Of a DNA stretch of 46,506 bases, positions 8,360 to 15,546 are shown in pieces. The notes under the pieces were generated by a model, which saw nothing but the letters and a program-made list of their open reading frames with translations, was not told the origin of the DNA and did no database searches. Source of the DNA: Candidatus Nomurabacteria bacterium (lineage in GTDB: Bacteria > Patescibacteriota > Saccharimonadia > Saccharimonadales > Saccharimonadaceae); the NCBI GenBank assembly GCA_031261545.1, contig JAISJL010000016.1:1-46506 (forward strand), given 5' to 3'. A program made the position numbers and the translations under genes. The first letter of the stretch is position 1. Each line of letters opens with the position of its first letter.

Positions 8360-8516
8360 TGCCTTTTCTCCTCTATTTTACGAGGTATTAGTTTGTGTTT
8401 ATATGCCTTTTCTCCTCTATTTTACGAGGTAAAGTTATCCCTATCATGCCTTTTCTCCTCTATTTTACGAGGCCTGTTATCCCACTTGTATGCCTTTTCT
8501 CCTCTATTTTACGAGG
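8360..8516 (-). CRISPR. CRISPR array with 4 identical 26-nt repeats and 3 spacers of 18, 17 and 18 nt
   Basis: - Repeats tgccttttctcctctattttacgagg lie at 8360-8385, 8404-8429, 8447-8472 and 8491-8516.
- Spacers lie at 8386-8403, 8430-8446 and 8473-8490.
- The minus-sense repeat is CCTCGTAAAATAGAGGAGAAAAGGCA, with an internal CCTC/GAGG stem.
- Orientation is inferred from the minus-strand promoter at 8564-8592 and from the type V convention.
- The repeat boundary could shift by 1 nt, because 3 of 4 copies are preceded by 'a'. Confidence 0.93.
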
Positions 8517-8521
8517 AGTTC

Positions 8522-8554
8522 CTCTAAAATAACAGATTATTAACTTGCAATTAA
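8522..8554. repeat. Right arm of the array-bracketing inverted repeat
   Basis: See the left arm. It starts 5 nt after the last repeat. cctctaaaata (8521-8531) can also pair with tattttacgagg (8505-8516) of the adjacent repeat, giving 11 bp with one bulge. Confidence 0.85.
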
Positions 8555-8563
8555 CTACCTACT

Positions 8564-8592
8564 ATATTATCATAAAATACCAGTAATTGCAA
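8564..8592 (-). promoter_or_regulatory. Sigma70-like promoter in the A/T-rich leader, pointing into the CRISPR array
   Basis: Minus sense reads TTGCAA-17 nt-TAATAT. The predicted start is about 40 nt upstream of the first repeat. Confidence 0.45.
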
Positions 8593-8647
8593 CCTTTTTC
8601 ATATTTTGTGTCATATATACATGAAATTTGCTTAAAAATGAAACATT

Positions 8648-8656
8648 TGTTAAAAT
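8648..8656 (+). promoter_or_regulatory. Extended -10 (TGTTAAAAT), 9 nt upstream of the cas1 ATG
   Basis: tttGTTAAAATgattatatcATG. Confidence 0.35.
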
Positions 8657-8665
8657 GATTATATC

Positions 8666-9727
8666 ATGAAATGCAATGTCAAAACCCAAAATCATTCTAA
8701 TCGCGTGCCAATGTGGCTGCCTTACTTACACTCCATTCGAGAAACCAAAAAAGGCATCTTCGAGTTCGTTTTCAATGGTGGCACAGAAATTGTCAACCTA
8801 AACGAAATCTCTTCAATCATGATATATGGCGAAACTGATACGAAATTAGATCAAAAGATCTTGGATAAGATCACACGCAAAGGCATTCCCATAATCATCC
8901 ATCGCCGCAACATGTCGCAGCCAATTTACATCACTGGCGGCTTACGTCCAGACAAAGATGACACCATCACGGAACAACTCGTCAAACGTCAACAATCACG
9001 AACTTCCACACACATCGCTCGTCAACTTTTAATTGCAAAAATGCACTCAATGTCATATTTAATCCCATCAGCCAAAGTTCCACAATTCGCAAACATCAAA
9101 ACCTTACGCAACATTGAAGCCACGCATGCACACAAATATTGGCGTGCCTATTTCACCAAACTTAATCATCCCGAATGGATACGCCGCGACAAAAACCCAG
9201 CCAGCGAAGCACTGGATGGAGCCAGCAAATTTATATCGGGCATAATTTTGCGCTGGATAACCTACCATCATTTAAGTCCATACCATGGTTTTCTTCATGA
9301 GCCGACCGACTATCCAAGTTTAGTCTATGATTTAATGGAACCAACGCGTGGCATCTTTGAGTCAATTTTGCTTCAAGTTTTTATCAACACTAACCAAAAA
9401 GATTGGTTAGTTAATTCCATTTCCGAATTAAAAATGGCCCTCGATGAGCAAATCTACACATCGCTCACGCGTCAAATTGTCACGCGCCAAGAACTTTTAC
9501 ACGGCACAGTTTTATCGTTAAAATATTATCTGCTCGGACGCCAACGCAAATTCCTAATTCCTCTACCAGGCTCACCAAATGGCGGTCGTCCACCAAAAGT
9601 CGAGTTCCTACTTTACGGTCGCCATGCTGGCAAAACGAATTTTTGGGAAAAAGCGGAAATCGCTGCCAACAATGACAAATGGCTCAAACAAAAACCACGA
9701 CATTTTGATCACGATCACCCATTCTAA
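8666..9727 (+). CDS. cas1: CRISPR-associated endonuclease Cas1
   Basis: Cas1 catalytic signature: NIEATHAHKYWRAYF (Glu) and GFLHEPTDYPSLVYDLMEPTRG (His, Asp/Glu). It is adjacent to the array. A later Met (MWLPYL) is a possible alternative start. Confidence 0.9.
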   Translation: MKCNVKTQNHSNRVPMWLPYLHSIRETKKGIFEFVFNGGTEIVNLNEISSIMIYGETDTKLDQKILDKITRKGIPIIIHRRNMSQPIYITGGLRPDKDDTITEQLVKRQQSRTSTHIARQLLIAKMHSMSYLIPSAKVPQFANIKTLRNIEATHAHKYWRAYFTKLNHPEWIRRDKNPASEALDGASKFISGIILRWITYHHLSPYHGFLHEPTDYPSLVYDLMEPTRGIFESILLQVFINTNQKDWLVNSISELKMALDEQIYTSLTRQIVTRQELLHGTVLSLKYYLLGRQRKFLIPLPGSPNGGRPPKVEFLLYGRHAGKTNFWEKAEIAANNDKWLKQKPRHFDHDHPF

Positions 9728-10806
9728 ACATTAAACCTAAACTCCACCACATCCCCATCTCTCATCACGTATTCCTTCCCCTCCGTCCGCATCAACCCAT
9801 TTTCTTTTACATTTTTTTCACTTCCAAGCCGCACCAAATCATCAAAATTACAAATCTGCGCCGAAATAAATCCCCACTCAAAATCTGTATGTATCACACC
9901 TGCCGCTTGCGGAGCCGTAAAACCCTTGCGAATTGTCCAAGCCCGAGTTTCCTTTTTTCCCGCCGTCAGGAAACTTTGCAAACCAAGCGTATCATAAGCC
10001 GCCCGCACCACTTGCGCCAACCCACTTTCCGTCAAATTGTATTCAGCCAAAAACATTTCGCGATCCTCATTCGGCAATCGCCCCAATTCCTCTTCCAATT
10101 TCGCGCTCACAAAAACCGCCTTCGCAGGCGCAACTATAGCAGCCAATTCTTTTCGCTTCTCGACATCGAACAAATCATCTTCACTTACATTAAAAAGAAA
10201 AATCGTTGGCTTTTGCGACAAAAGCGGCAAACCAAAAAACTTTCCGAGAACCCCACTCTCGCTCGAAACAATCCGCCCATCACCGCCTTTTAATTTGTCT
10301 AAAAGTTCCTTATAATAATTTAATTCTTCAACCTTTTCCCGTCCGCCATTTTTCGCCTCTTTTTCCAATTTCGGAATATGCTTTTCCAAACTTTCAATAT
10401 CCGCCAAAACCAATTCCGTCTCAATCGTCGCAATGTCTCGCGCAACATCTCCCGCGCCCTCCACACTCAAAATCGAAGAATCCGCAAACGCCCGCACAAC
10501 GTGACAAATCGCATCGCACTCGCGAATATTTGCGAGGAACTTATTCCCCAAACCTTCGCCCTTTGACGCACCCGCCACCAAACCAGCAATATCCACAAAC
10601 TCAATCGTCGCCGGAACAATTCTTTCCGTATCATACATCTCACCGAGAACATCCAGCCGCCCATCCGGCACCGGCACAATCCCCGTATTCGGCTCAATCG
10701 TCGCAAACGGATAATTCGCCGTCAAAATATTCGCCTTCGTGAGCGCGTTGAAAAGCGTGCTCTTCCCCACATTCGGCAACCCAACAATCCCAATATTCAA
10801 GCTCAT
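9724..10806 (-). CDS. ychF: Ribosome-binding ATPase YchF
   Basis: MSLNIGIVGLPNVGKSTLFNALT; C-terminal TGS-like EGKEYVMRDGDVVEFRFNV. The start is at 10806, 1 nt after the fic stop. Confidence 0.93.
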   Translation of the reverse strand: MSLNIGIVGLPNVGKSTLFNALTKANILTANYPFATIEPNTGIVPVPDGRLDVLGEMYDTERIVPATIEFVDIAGLVAGASKGEGLGNKFLANIRECDAICHVVRAFADSSILSVEGAGDVARDIATIETELVLADIESLEKHIPKLEKEAKNGGREKVEELNYYKELLDKLKGGDGRIVSSESGVLGKFFGLPLLSQKPTIFLFNVSEDDLFDVEKRKELAAIVAPAKAVFVSAKLEEELGRLPNEDREMFLAEYNLTESGLAQVVRAAYDTLGLQSFLTAGKKETRAWTIRKGFTAPQAAGVIHTDFEWGFISAQICNFDDLVRLGSEKNVKENGLMRTEGKEYVMRDGDVVEFRFNV

Positions 10807-10807
10807 T

Positions 10808-11347
10808 TTACGCCTCCACCTCATAATAATACGATTGCTCGACTCCTTTCATAAACACTTCCCGATCGTCAATCTTATCTGTCAGTGCTGCAGAAAGCAA
10901 AGTCCGCAGTTCCAAATCATTCACAGGGCTACGCTCCATAGAACTCAAATAACCCGCTTTATTAACCAACGACCAGTCCACACATTTTCGCAAACTTCTT
11001 TTCAATATCAAATCCAACCAAATCCGCATGCTCCGTCCATTGCCCTCCAAAAACGGATGCGCAATATTCATCTCGACATACTTTACAATAATTTCCTCAA
11101 AAGCATTTTCCGGCATCTCCTCAATTTTCGCCAACGTATCACCTAGATATAAACTATTCGCAAATCGAAAATTACCCTTCGCGATATTTTGCGTCCGAAT
11201 CTCACCCGCAAAGTCATATAGCCCACCAAACAAATATTTATGTATTTGCCGTAAACCCACAACCGTCCCAACCTCAAAGCCACTCAACTCCGCGCTGTCA
11301 AATAACGCTTTCGCCCGCCCCTCGCTAACTTTATCAACATCGCTCAT
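10808..11347 (-). CDS. Fic/DOC family protein (putative AMPylase)
   Basis: Canonical Fic motif [12 protein letters not shown]. Confidence 0.88.
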   Translation of the reverse strand: MSDVDKVSEGRAKALFDSAELSGFEVGTVVGLRQIHKYLFGGLYDFAGEIRTQNIAKGNFRFANSLYLGDTLAKIEEMPENAFEEIIVKYVEMNIAHPFLEGNGRSMRIWLDLILKRSLRKCVDWSLVNKAGYLSSMERSPVNDLELRTLLSAALTDKIDDREVFMKGVEQSYYYEVEA

Positions 11348-11353
11348 ATTTCT

Positions 11354-11362
11354 ATTCTACCA
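11354..11362 (-). promoter_or_regulatory. Extended -10 (TGGTAGAAT), 6 nt from the fic ATG (leaderless)
   Basis: Minus sense reads AAATGGTAGAATAGAAATATGAGC. Confidence 0.5.
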
Positions 11363-11418
11363 TTTTTCCGCATAATTTTCAATCTATTTCCCACTTTTTC
11401 GTTTTCAGTAATGCAACA

Positions 11419-12384
11419 CTAGTTATTCAAACAAACCACACCGCCACCCTCTAATGCATATTGCACGGCCAATTTCGATGTTCTACCCGACGTAATAATT
11501 TCAGAGCCATCGCAGGCATACCCACGCGAAACATAAACCTTATGATCACCACTCCAACGGCTCGGCGTCCAACCGTCGCTCGCAGACTTATTTTCAACTA
11601 TCACATACGCCACGCCATCAACATCGTCCCAAATATCACCGCCCGCCAACATATAACTTTTCACAAGCTTACCCCAGTCGTCTGGCAAGTTATTTCTATT
11701 ATTTGCCTGATACATTACAATCGCACTCACTAACCTTGCCATATCATTTTTCCTTTGCGTATTTCTCTGCGATATTCGCAATTCTTCCGTGTTTCCAATT
11801 TCCTCATCAACTACCTGTTCAATCTTTTGCGCGTCGGCAAAAGTTGAGATAACTTTAGCGCTCAACATACAAACATCAAGCAGCGCTACAGTCAAAAGCA
11901 CTAGATGAGGAATGGCGGTATTCACTACCCTAGTTTCCAAAATCGCTTTATTTTTATTCTTAAATATGGCCAACAAAATAATCGGCAACAATACACACGC
12001 CGATAAGACAATAGCAAACACATATATATTTACACGATGAACAAAAAATTGAAAAACTGCGATAACTCCCGCAGCAAGAATCGAACCACTACACAATATC
12101 AAAACACTACCCGGTTTCTTATATTTCTTCGCAAACAAAATCGCCACGATACTCACCAACGAACAAAGTATTAACGCAAAAATCGAATATCTTAACACCA
12201 CAGGAAACAAAAGCATACTCACTATCCAACTAAACGGAGCCGACATAATACCCACCACCAACATCACTGGACCAAGCGCAACACACACTATTGCGGTAAT
12301 TATAAAAACAAAAAGCGCAACCACAAAAGGCCACTTTTTCGTTCTGCTTTCAACATACCCACTTATATTTTCATTCTGCATCAC
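11419..12384 (-). CDS. Hypothetical polytopic membrane protein with a C-terminal extracytoplasmic, pilin-like domain
   Basis: About 6 hydrophobic helices followed by a soluble C-terminus (ARLVSAIVMYQANNRNNLPDDW...). A strong SD, AAGGAGG, precedes the ATG. Confidence 0.7.
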   Translation of the reverse strand: MMQNENISGYVESRTKKWPFVVALFVFIITAIVCVALGPVMLVVGIMSAPFSWIVSMLLFPVVLRYSIFALILCSLVSIVAILFAKKYKKPGSVLILCSGSILAAGVIAVFQFFVHRVNIYVFAIVLSACVLLPIILLAIFKNKNKAILETRVVNTAIPHLVLLTVALLDVCMLSAKVISTFADAQKIEQVVDEEIGNTEELRISQRNTQRKNDMARLVSAIVMYQANNRNNLPDDWGKLVKSYMLAGGDIWDDVDGVAYVIVENKSASDGWTPSRWSGDHKVYVSRGYACDGSEIITSGRTSKLAVQYALEGGGVVCLNN

Positions 12385-12417
12385 ATCCTCCTTATTTTTA
12401 ATTTATTTCAATCGCTT

Positions 12418-12443
12418 AAAAAAAGCGACCACATGCAGTCGCT
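12418..12443 (-). terminator. Rho-independent terminator or attenuator hairpin
   Basis: Minus sense reads AGCGAC-TGCATGTG-GTCGCT followed by TTTTTTT. It lies about 35 nt upstream of the start codon at 12384. Confidence 0.6.
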
Positions 12444-12546
12444 AAACTTTGACAAATCGTAGTTTCAAGAACTAAATCTGCGCACATGGTCGCATTTATT
12501 TCTTGAAGCCAACTGACTTGTCGCCAATTTTATCAAAGTTTAGCTA
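12444..12546 (-). ncRNA. Structured ~100-nt RNA, either a cis-regulatory leader/riboswitch-like element or a small RNA
   Basis: It sits between promoter 12552-12580 and terminator 12418-12443. A 12-bp closing stem pairs gctaaactttga (12441-12452) with tcaaagtttagc (12533-12544). An inner 8-bp stem pairs 12464-12471 with 12500-12507. An alternative 7-bp pairing (12487-12493 with 12425-12431) competes with the terminator. Confidence 0.4.
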
Positions 12547-12551
12547 ACTCA

Positions 12552-12580
12552 ATTATACCGTATCTTCCCATTTCTTGCAA
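12552..12580 (-). promoter_or_regulatory. Sigma70-like promoter, TTGCAA-17-TATAAT
   Basis: Minus sense reads TTGCAAGAAATGGGAAGATACGGTATAAT, immediately after the tsaC stop. Confidence 0.55.
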
Positions 12581-12582
12581 GG

Positions 12583-13152
12583 CTAACCAATCACAATCTC
12601 CCCCTGCCTCAAAACCTCAATTTTCTCACCCTCAATCTTCACCACTGTTGTCGGCAAACTACCGCCAACCGCACCACGAACCACAAAATCCACTTCCGGC
12701 ATACCCAAAGCAACTTCCCCGCTCGTCGCATACGGCGCGACTCCCCGATAATTCGCACTCGTCAAAATCAAAGGACCAACCGCAGAAACCAGCGAAAGCA
12801 AAAACTCATCTCCCGTCAACCGAAATCCAATCGTCTCAAAATTATCAAAATATCTGCTCACTTTTCCTTTCCGCGGCAAAATCACCGTCAGCGATTTTCC
12901 AAAGAAAGAACGCAAAAATCCAAGAGCAAAATCATCAACCACCGCAAATCTCTCAATTTCCGAAAGCGACGAAACCAAAAGACTAAAAACTTTCCCACTT
13001 CCAATGCCGCGATTTTTAATCTCCATCATTTTTCGCACGGCCACCTCGTCATCAAACTTGCACGCTAACCCAAAAACCGTCTCCGTTGGCACCGCCGCCA
13101 CCTTCCCACGCCAATCCATCTCCTCAAAACATGACTTTTCCACAGTTTTCAT
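12583..13152 (-). CDS. tsaC: L-threonylcarbamoyladenylate synthase (YrdC/TsaC family)
   Basis: VAAVPTETVFGLACKF and LTSANYRG motifs; 189 aa. Confidence 0.85.
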   Translation of the reverse strand: MKTVEKSCFEEMDWRGKVAAVPTETVFGLACKFDDEVAVRKMMEIKNRGIGSGKVFSLLVSSLSEIERFAVVDDFALGFLRSFFGKSLTVILPRKGKVSRYFDNFETIGFRLTGDEFLLSLVSAVGPLILTSANYRGVAPYATSGEVALGMPEVDFVVRGAVGGSLPTTVVKIEGEKIEVLRQGEIVIG

Positions 13153-13157
13153 ACTAA

Positions 13158-13166
13158 ATTATACCA
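13158..13166 (-). promoter_or_regulatory. Extended -10 (TGGTATAAT), 5 nt from the tsaC ATG (leaderless)
   Basis: Minus sense reads AAAATGGTATAATTTAGTATGAAAACT. Confidence 0.5.
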
Positions 13167-13203
13167 TTTTTGTCAAAAAAACGCAAAAAAGTGCCATAAT
13201 CTA

Positions 13204-13232
13204 TTGACATCCGCCTTACAGTATGATATAAT
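13204..13232 (+). promoter_or_regulatory. Consensus sigma70 promoter, TTGACA-17-TATAAT with a TGn extension
   Basis: TTGACAtccgccttacagtaTGaTATAAT. Confidence 0.6.
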
Positions 13233-13327
13233 AGTAGTAGAAAAAGCTGTTTTATGTTTATATAAGACGGCATAGATATTTAATGCGCCAAGAAATTTAT
13301 TTTTACAGATGAAGAAAGGAAACCTCA

Positions 13328-14392
13328 ATGCAAACCAGCCCAACAGAGCTCAAAGACAATCTTAACTCCGCCATCAAAAAGGTTCTATCAACCATCAAAA
13401 ACGAACGCGAGCGTCAAGTCGCCGAATATCGCTTCGGAATTATCAACCAAAACGGCAAAAAGGCCACTTTAGAGAAAATCGGTCAAACTCTCGGCATCAC
13501 TCGCGAACGAGTTCGCCAAATTGAACACAACCTCCTCCAAAAGTTGGCAAACCAAGACAGCGACACCAGTCTAACACCAATCTTGAACAGTTTTGAGAAA
13601 ATCATCATCCGTATTTTGGCCGAAAACGGTCGCGTTGCCACTCTAGATTTCATCAACCAACAACTTTTTGGTGACGAAGCCACCGCCGAACTCGGCGCAA
13701 AACTCGCTTTTGTAGCATATTTGAGCAAACAACTCACCCTCATCGACAAAAACAAAGATTTCTACACCTCCCTCGCCATCGCCGAATACGGCAATTCCAG
13801 CGATTACGAAAAGCGCACTGACGAAATCGTCTCAATCATCACCAAAAACGGCGAACCAATGACCCTTGACGAACTCGACGTCCAATTATCCTACGAGCAT
13901 CCTAGCCAAATCGAGGCCCTAGCCAAAATCTCCTCGCTTCTCGCAACTTCTGGCAAGCTTTGGGGCTTGGCCAAATGGCCAGAAATCAAACCCCGCACCA
14001 TCCGTGACAAGATCGCGACAGTCATGAAAGCCTCTGGCAAACCCATGCATTTCGAGGAAATCTCAAAGGCCATCGAAGACGCCGGCTACAATTCCGGCAA
14101 AAAGGCAACCACCGCCGCCATCCACAACGAACTCATCAAGGACAAAACCTACGTCCTCATCGGTCGCGGCATCTACGCCCGCCAAGATTGGGGCTTCACC
14201 GAAGGCCGCACGGTCGCCGATGTCATCACTAGTCTACTAAAAGTTTCCAAAACCCCCCTCACTCGTGACGAAATCACATCTGGTGTTCTTAAAGTCCGCC
14301 GCATCCAACCCAACACCATCCAAGTCGCCCTCGGCAAACGCGAACTTTTCACCTACGATCGCAACACCAAAACTTATACTTTAACTAAATAA
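13328..14392 (+). CDS. DNA-binding protein with a sigma-70 region-4-like HTH and a C-terminal HARE-HTH-like domain
   Basis: ATLEKIGQTLGITRERVRQIEHNLLQKLA (region 4 HTH); C-terminal MHFEEISKAIEDAGY...YVLIGRGIYA. Confidence 0.7.
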   Translation: MQTSPTELKDNLNSAIKKVLSTIKNERERQVAEYRFGIINQNGKKATLEKIGQTLGITRERVRQIEHNLLQKLANQDSDTSLTPILNSFEKIIIRILAENGRVATLDFINQQLFGDEATAELGAKLAFVAYLSKQLTLIDKNKDFYTSLAIAEYGNSSDYEKRTDEIVSIITKNGEPMTLDELDVQLSYEHPSQIEALAKISSLLATSGKLWGLAKWPEIKPRTIRDKIATVMKASGKPMHFEEISKAIEDAGYNSGKKATTAAIHNELIKDKTYVLIGRGIYARQDWGFTEGRTVADVITSLLKVSKTPLTRDEITSGVLKVRRIQPNTIQVALGKRELFTYDRNTKTYTLTK

Positions 14393-15030
14393 TAAAATCT
14401 TTCCCGATTTCCGTTCGCACCCGCGACTTCGTTGTCGTGTTTCGCCCTAATTTTCCAATCATTAGTCTTCAACCAACTCTCAAAATCTTTAATGACTTCT
14501 CGTCGCATTTTGCTATTTTTCACCACTCCTTTGACCAACTGAAAACTTTTAGCCTCAAATTGCGGCTTCAACATTACCAAAACATCAACGTCAGAAGAAC
14601 CCAAAAAATCTTTCGCAATTTTTATCAAAACCTTCCGCAGGCTCAGGAACGACACATCCGCCACAATGACATCCACTTTTTCGCGCAAAACAAAATCAAA
14701 CAAATTCGTTTTCTCGTGCAATTCTACCCTAAAATTATTCCGCAGCCGCAAATCCATCTGCCTCGTTCCAATCTCCACAGCAATAACTTTCTTCGCCCCG
14801 CGGCTCAGTGCATATTCCGTAAACCCACCCGTCGAACTGCCCAAATCTAAGACCACTCGCCCCCGAAAATCCACACCAAAAAACGCGTTCGCATCGGCCA
14901 ATTTCTGACCAGCCCGCGAAACGCGTCCAAAATCTTGCGCCGAAAAATCCGAATGCGCCGACGAACCCAGAGCTTTATTTTTTTCGCTCACGATAGGCTT
15001 TCGTTTCAGTGTCAACCGAAACAATATCAC
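14374..15030 (-). CDS. tlyA: TlyA/FtsJ-like rRNA 2'-O-methyltransferase lacking an S4 domain
   Basis: VSRAGQKL...VLDLGSSTGGFTEYALSRGAKKVIAVEIG SAM-binding motif. The start is uncertain: ORF-track start 15030 overlaps efp by 56 nt, and GTG at 14991 is an alternative. Confidence 0.7.
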   Translation of the reverse strand: MILFRLTLKRKPIVSEKNKALGSSAHSDFSAQDFGRVSRAGQKLADANAFFGVDFRGRVVLDLGSSTGGFTEYALSRGAKKVIAVEIGTRQMDLRLRNNFRVELHEKTNLFDFVLREKVDVIVADVSFLSLRKVLIKIAKDFLGSSDVDVLVMLKPQFEAKSFQLVKGVVKNSKMRREVIKDFESWLKTNDWKIRAKHDNEVAGANGNRERFYYLVKV

Positions 15031-15538
15031 CGGTCTTAATAAAAGCTGGAACCTTAATCACCAAACCAGTTTCAAGCGTCGCATCTTTCTGCACGCTCGA
15101 CGAAGTATCACCCTTAACCGCCGTTTCGGTATATTTCACTTCCAAATAAATGTTTTTCGGCATCTCGACATTTATAACTCTACCATCAAAAAATTGCAGA
15201 CTCATAGAATCATCGCCATCTTTGAGAAAGCCAGCATAATCGCCAACCAACTCACTCGCAACCTGAAATTGCTCAAACGAAACAGGGTTCATGAAGAAAT
15301 AATCCGTGCCATCGTTATATAAATACTGCACATTTTGGCTCGAAACTTCCGCCGGCTCGATTTTCTCCTGACCCTTAAAGGTCTTTGGAATCACCGCACC
15401 ACTCACCAAGTTCTTCAACTTGACATTCACAATGCTCCCGCCGCGCCCCATAACCTTTTGCGAATACTCAATCACCTTAAACGGCGTGCCATCAATTTGC
15501 ACAATCACATTTTTTTTCAAATCTGTTGGTCCAAACAT
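14975..15538 (-). CDS. efp: Elongation factor P
   Basis: MFGPTDLKKNVIVQIDGTPFKVIEYSQKVMGRGGSIVNVKLKNL; 187 aa. Confidence 0.93.
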   Translation of the reverse strand: MFGPTDLKKNVIVQIDGTPFKVIEYSQKVMGRGGSIVNVKLKNLVSGAVIPKTFKGQEKIEPAEVSSQNVQYLYNDGTDYFFMNPVSFEQFQVASELVGDYAGFLKDGDDSMSLQFFDGRVINVEMPKNIYLEVKYTETAVKGDTSSSVQKDATLETGLVIKVPAFIKTGDIVSVDTETKAYRERKK

Positions 15539-15546
15539 AAATCCCC

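Noticed and set aside
8339-8527. 62 aa plus-strand ORF with an internally repeating peptide (LFSSILRG...LYAFSPLFYE).
   Set aside because: It is just the translation of the CRISPR repeats and spacers. The periodicity comes from the 43-44 nt repeat unit, not from a protein.
8528-8665. Search for a small cas2- or cas4-like ORF or extra degenerate repeats in the leader.
   Set aside because: There is no ORF of useful length on either strand. Apart from the inverted partial repeat at 8521-8531, I saw no further repeat copies.
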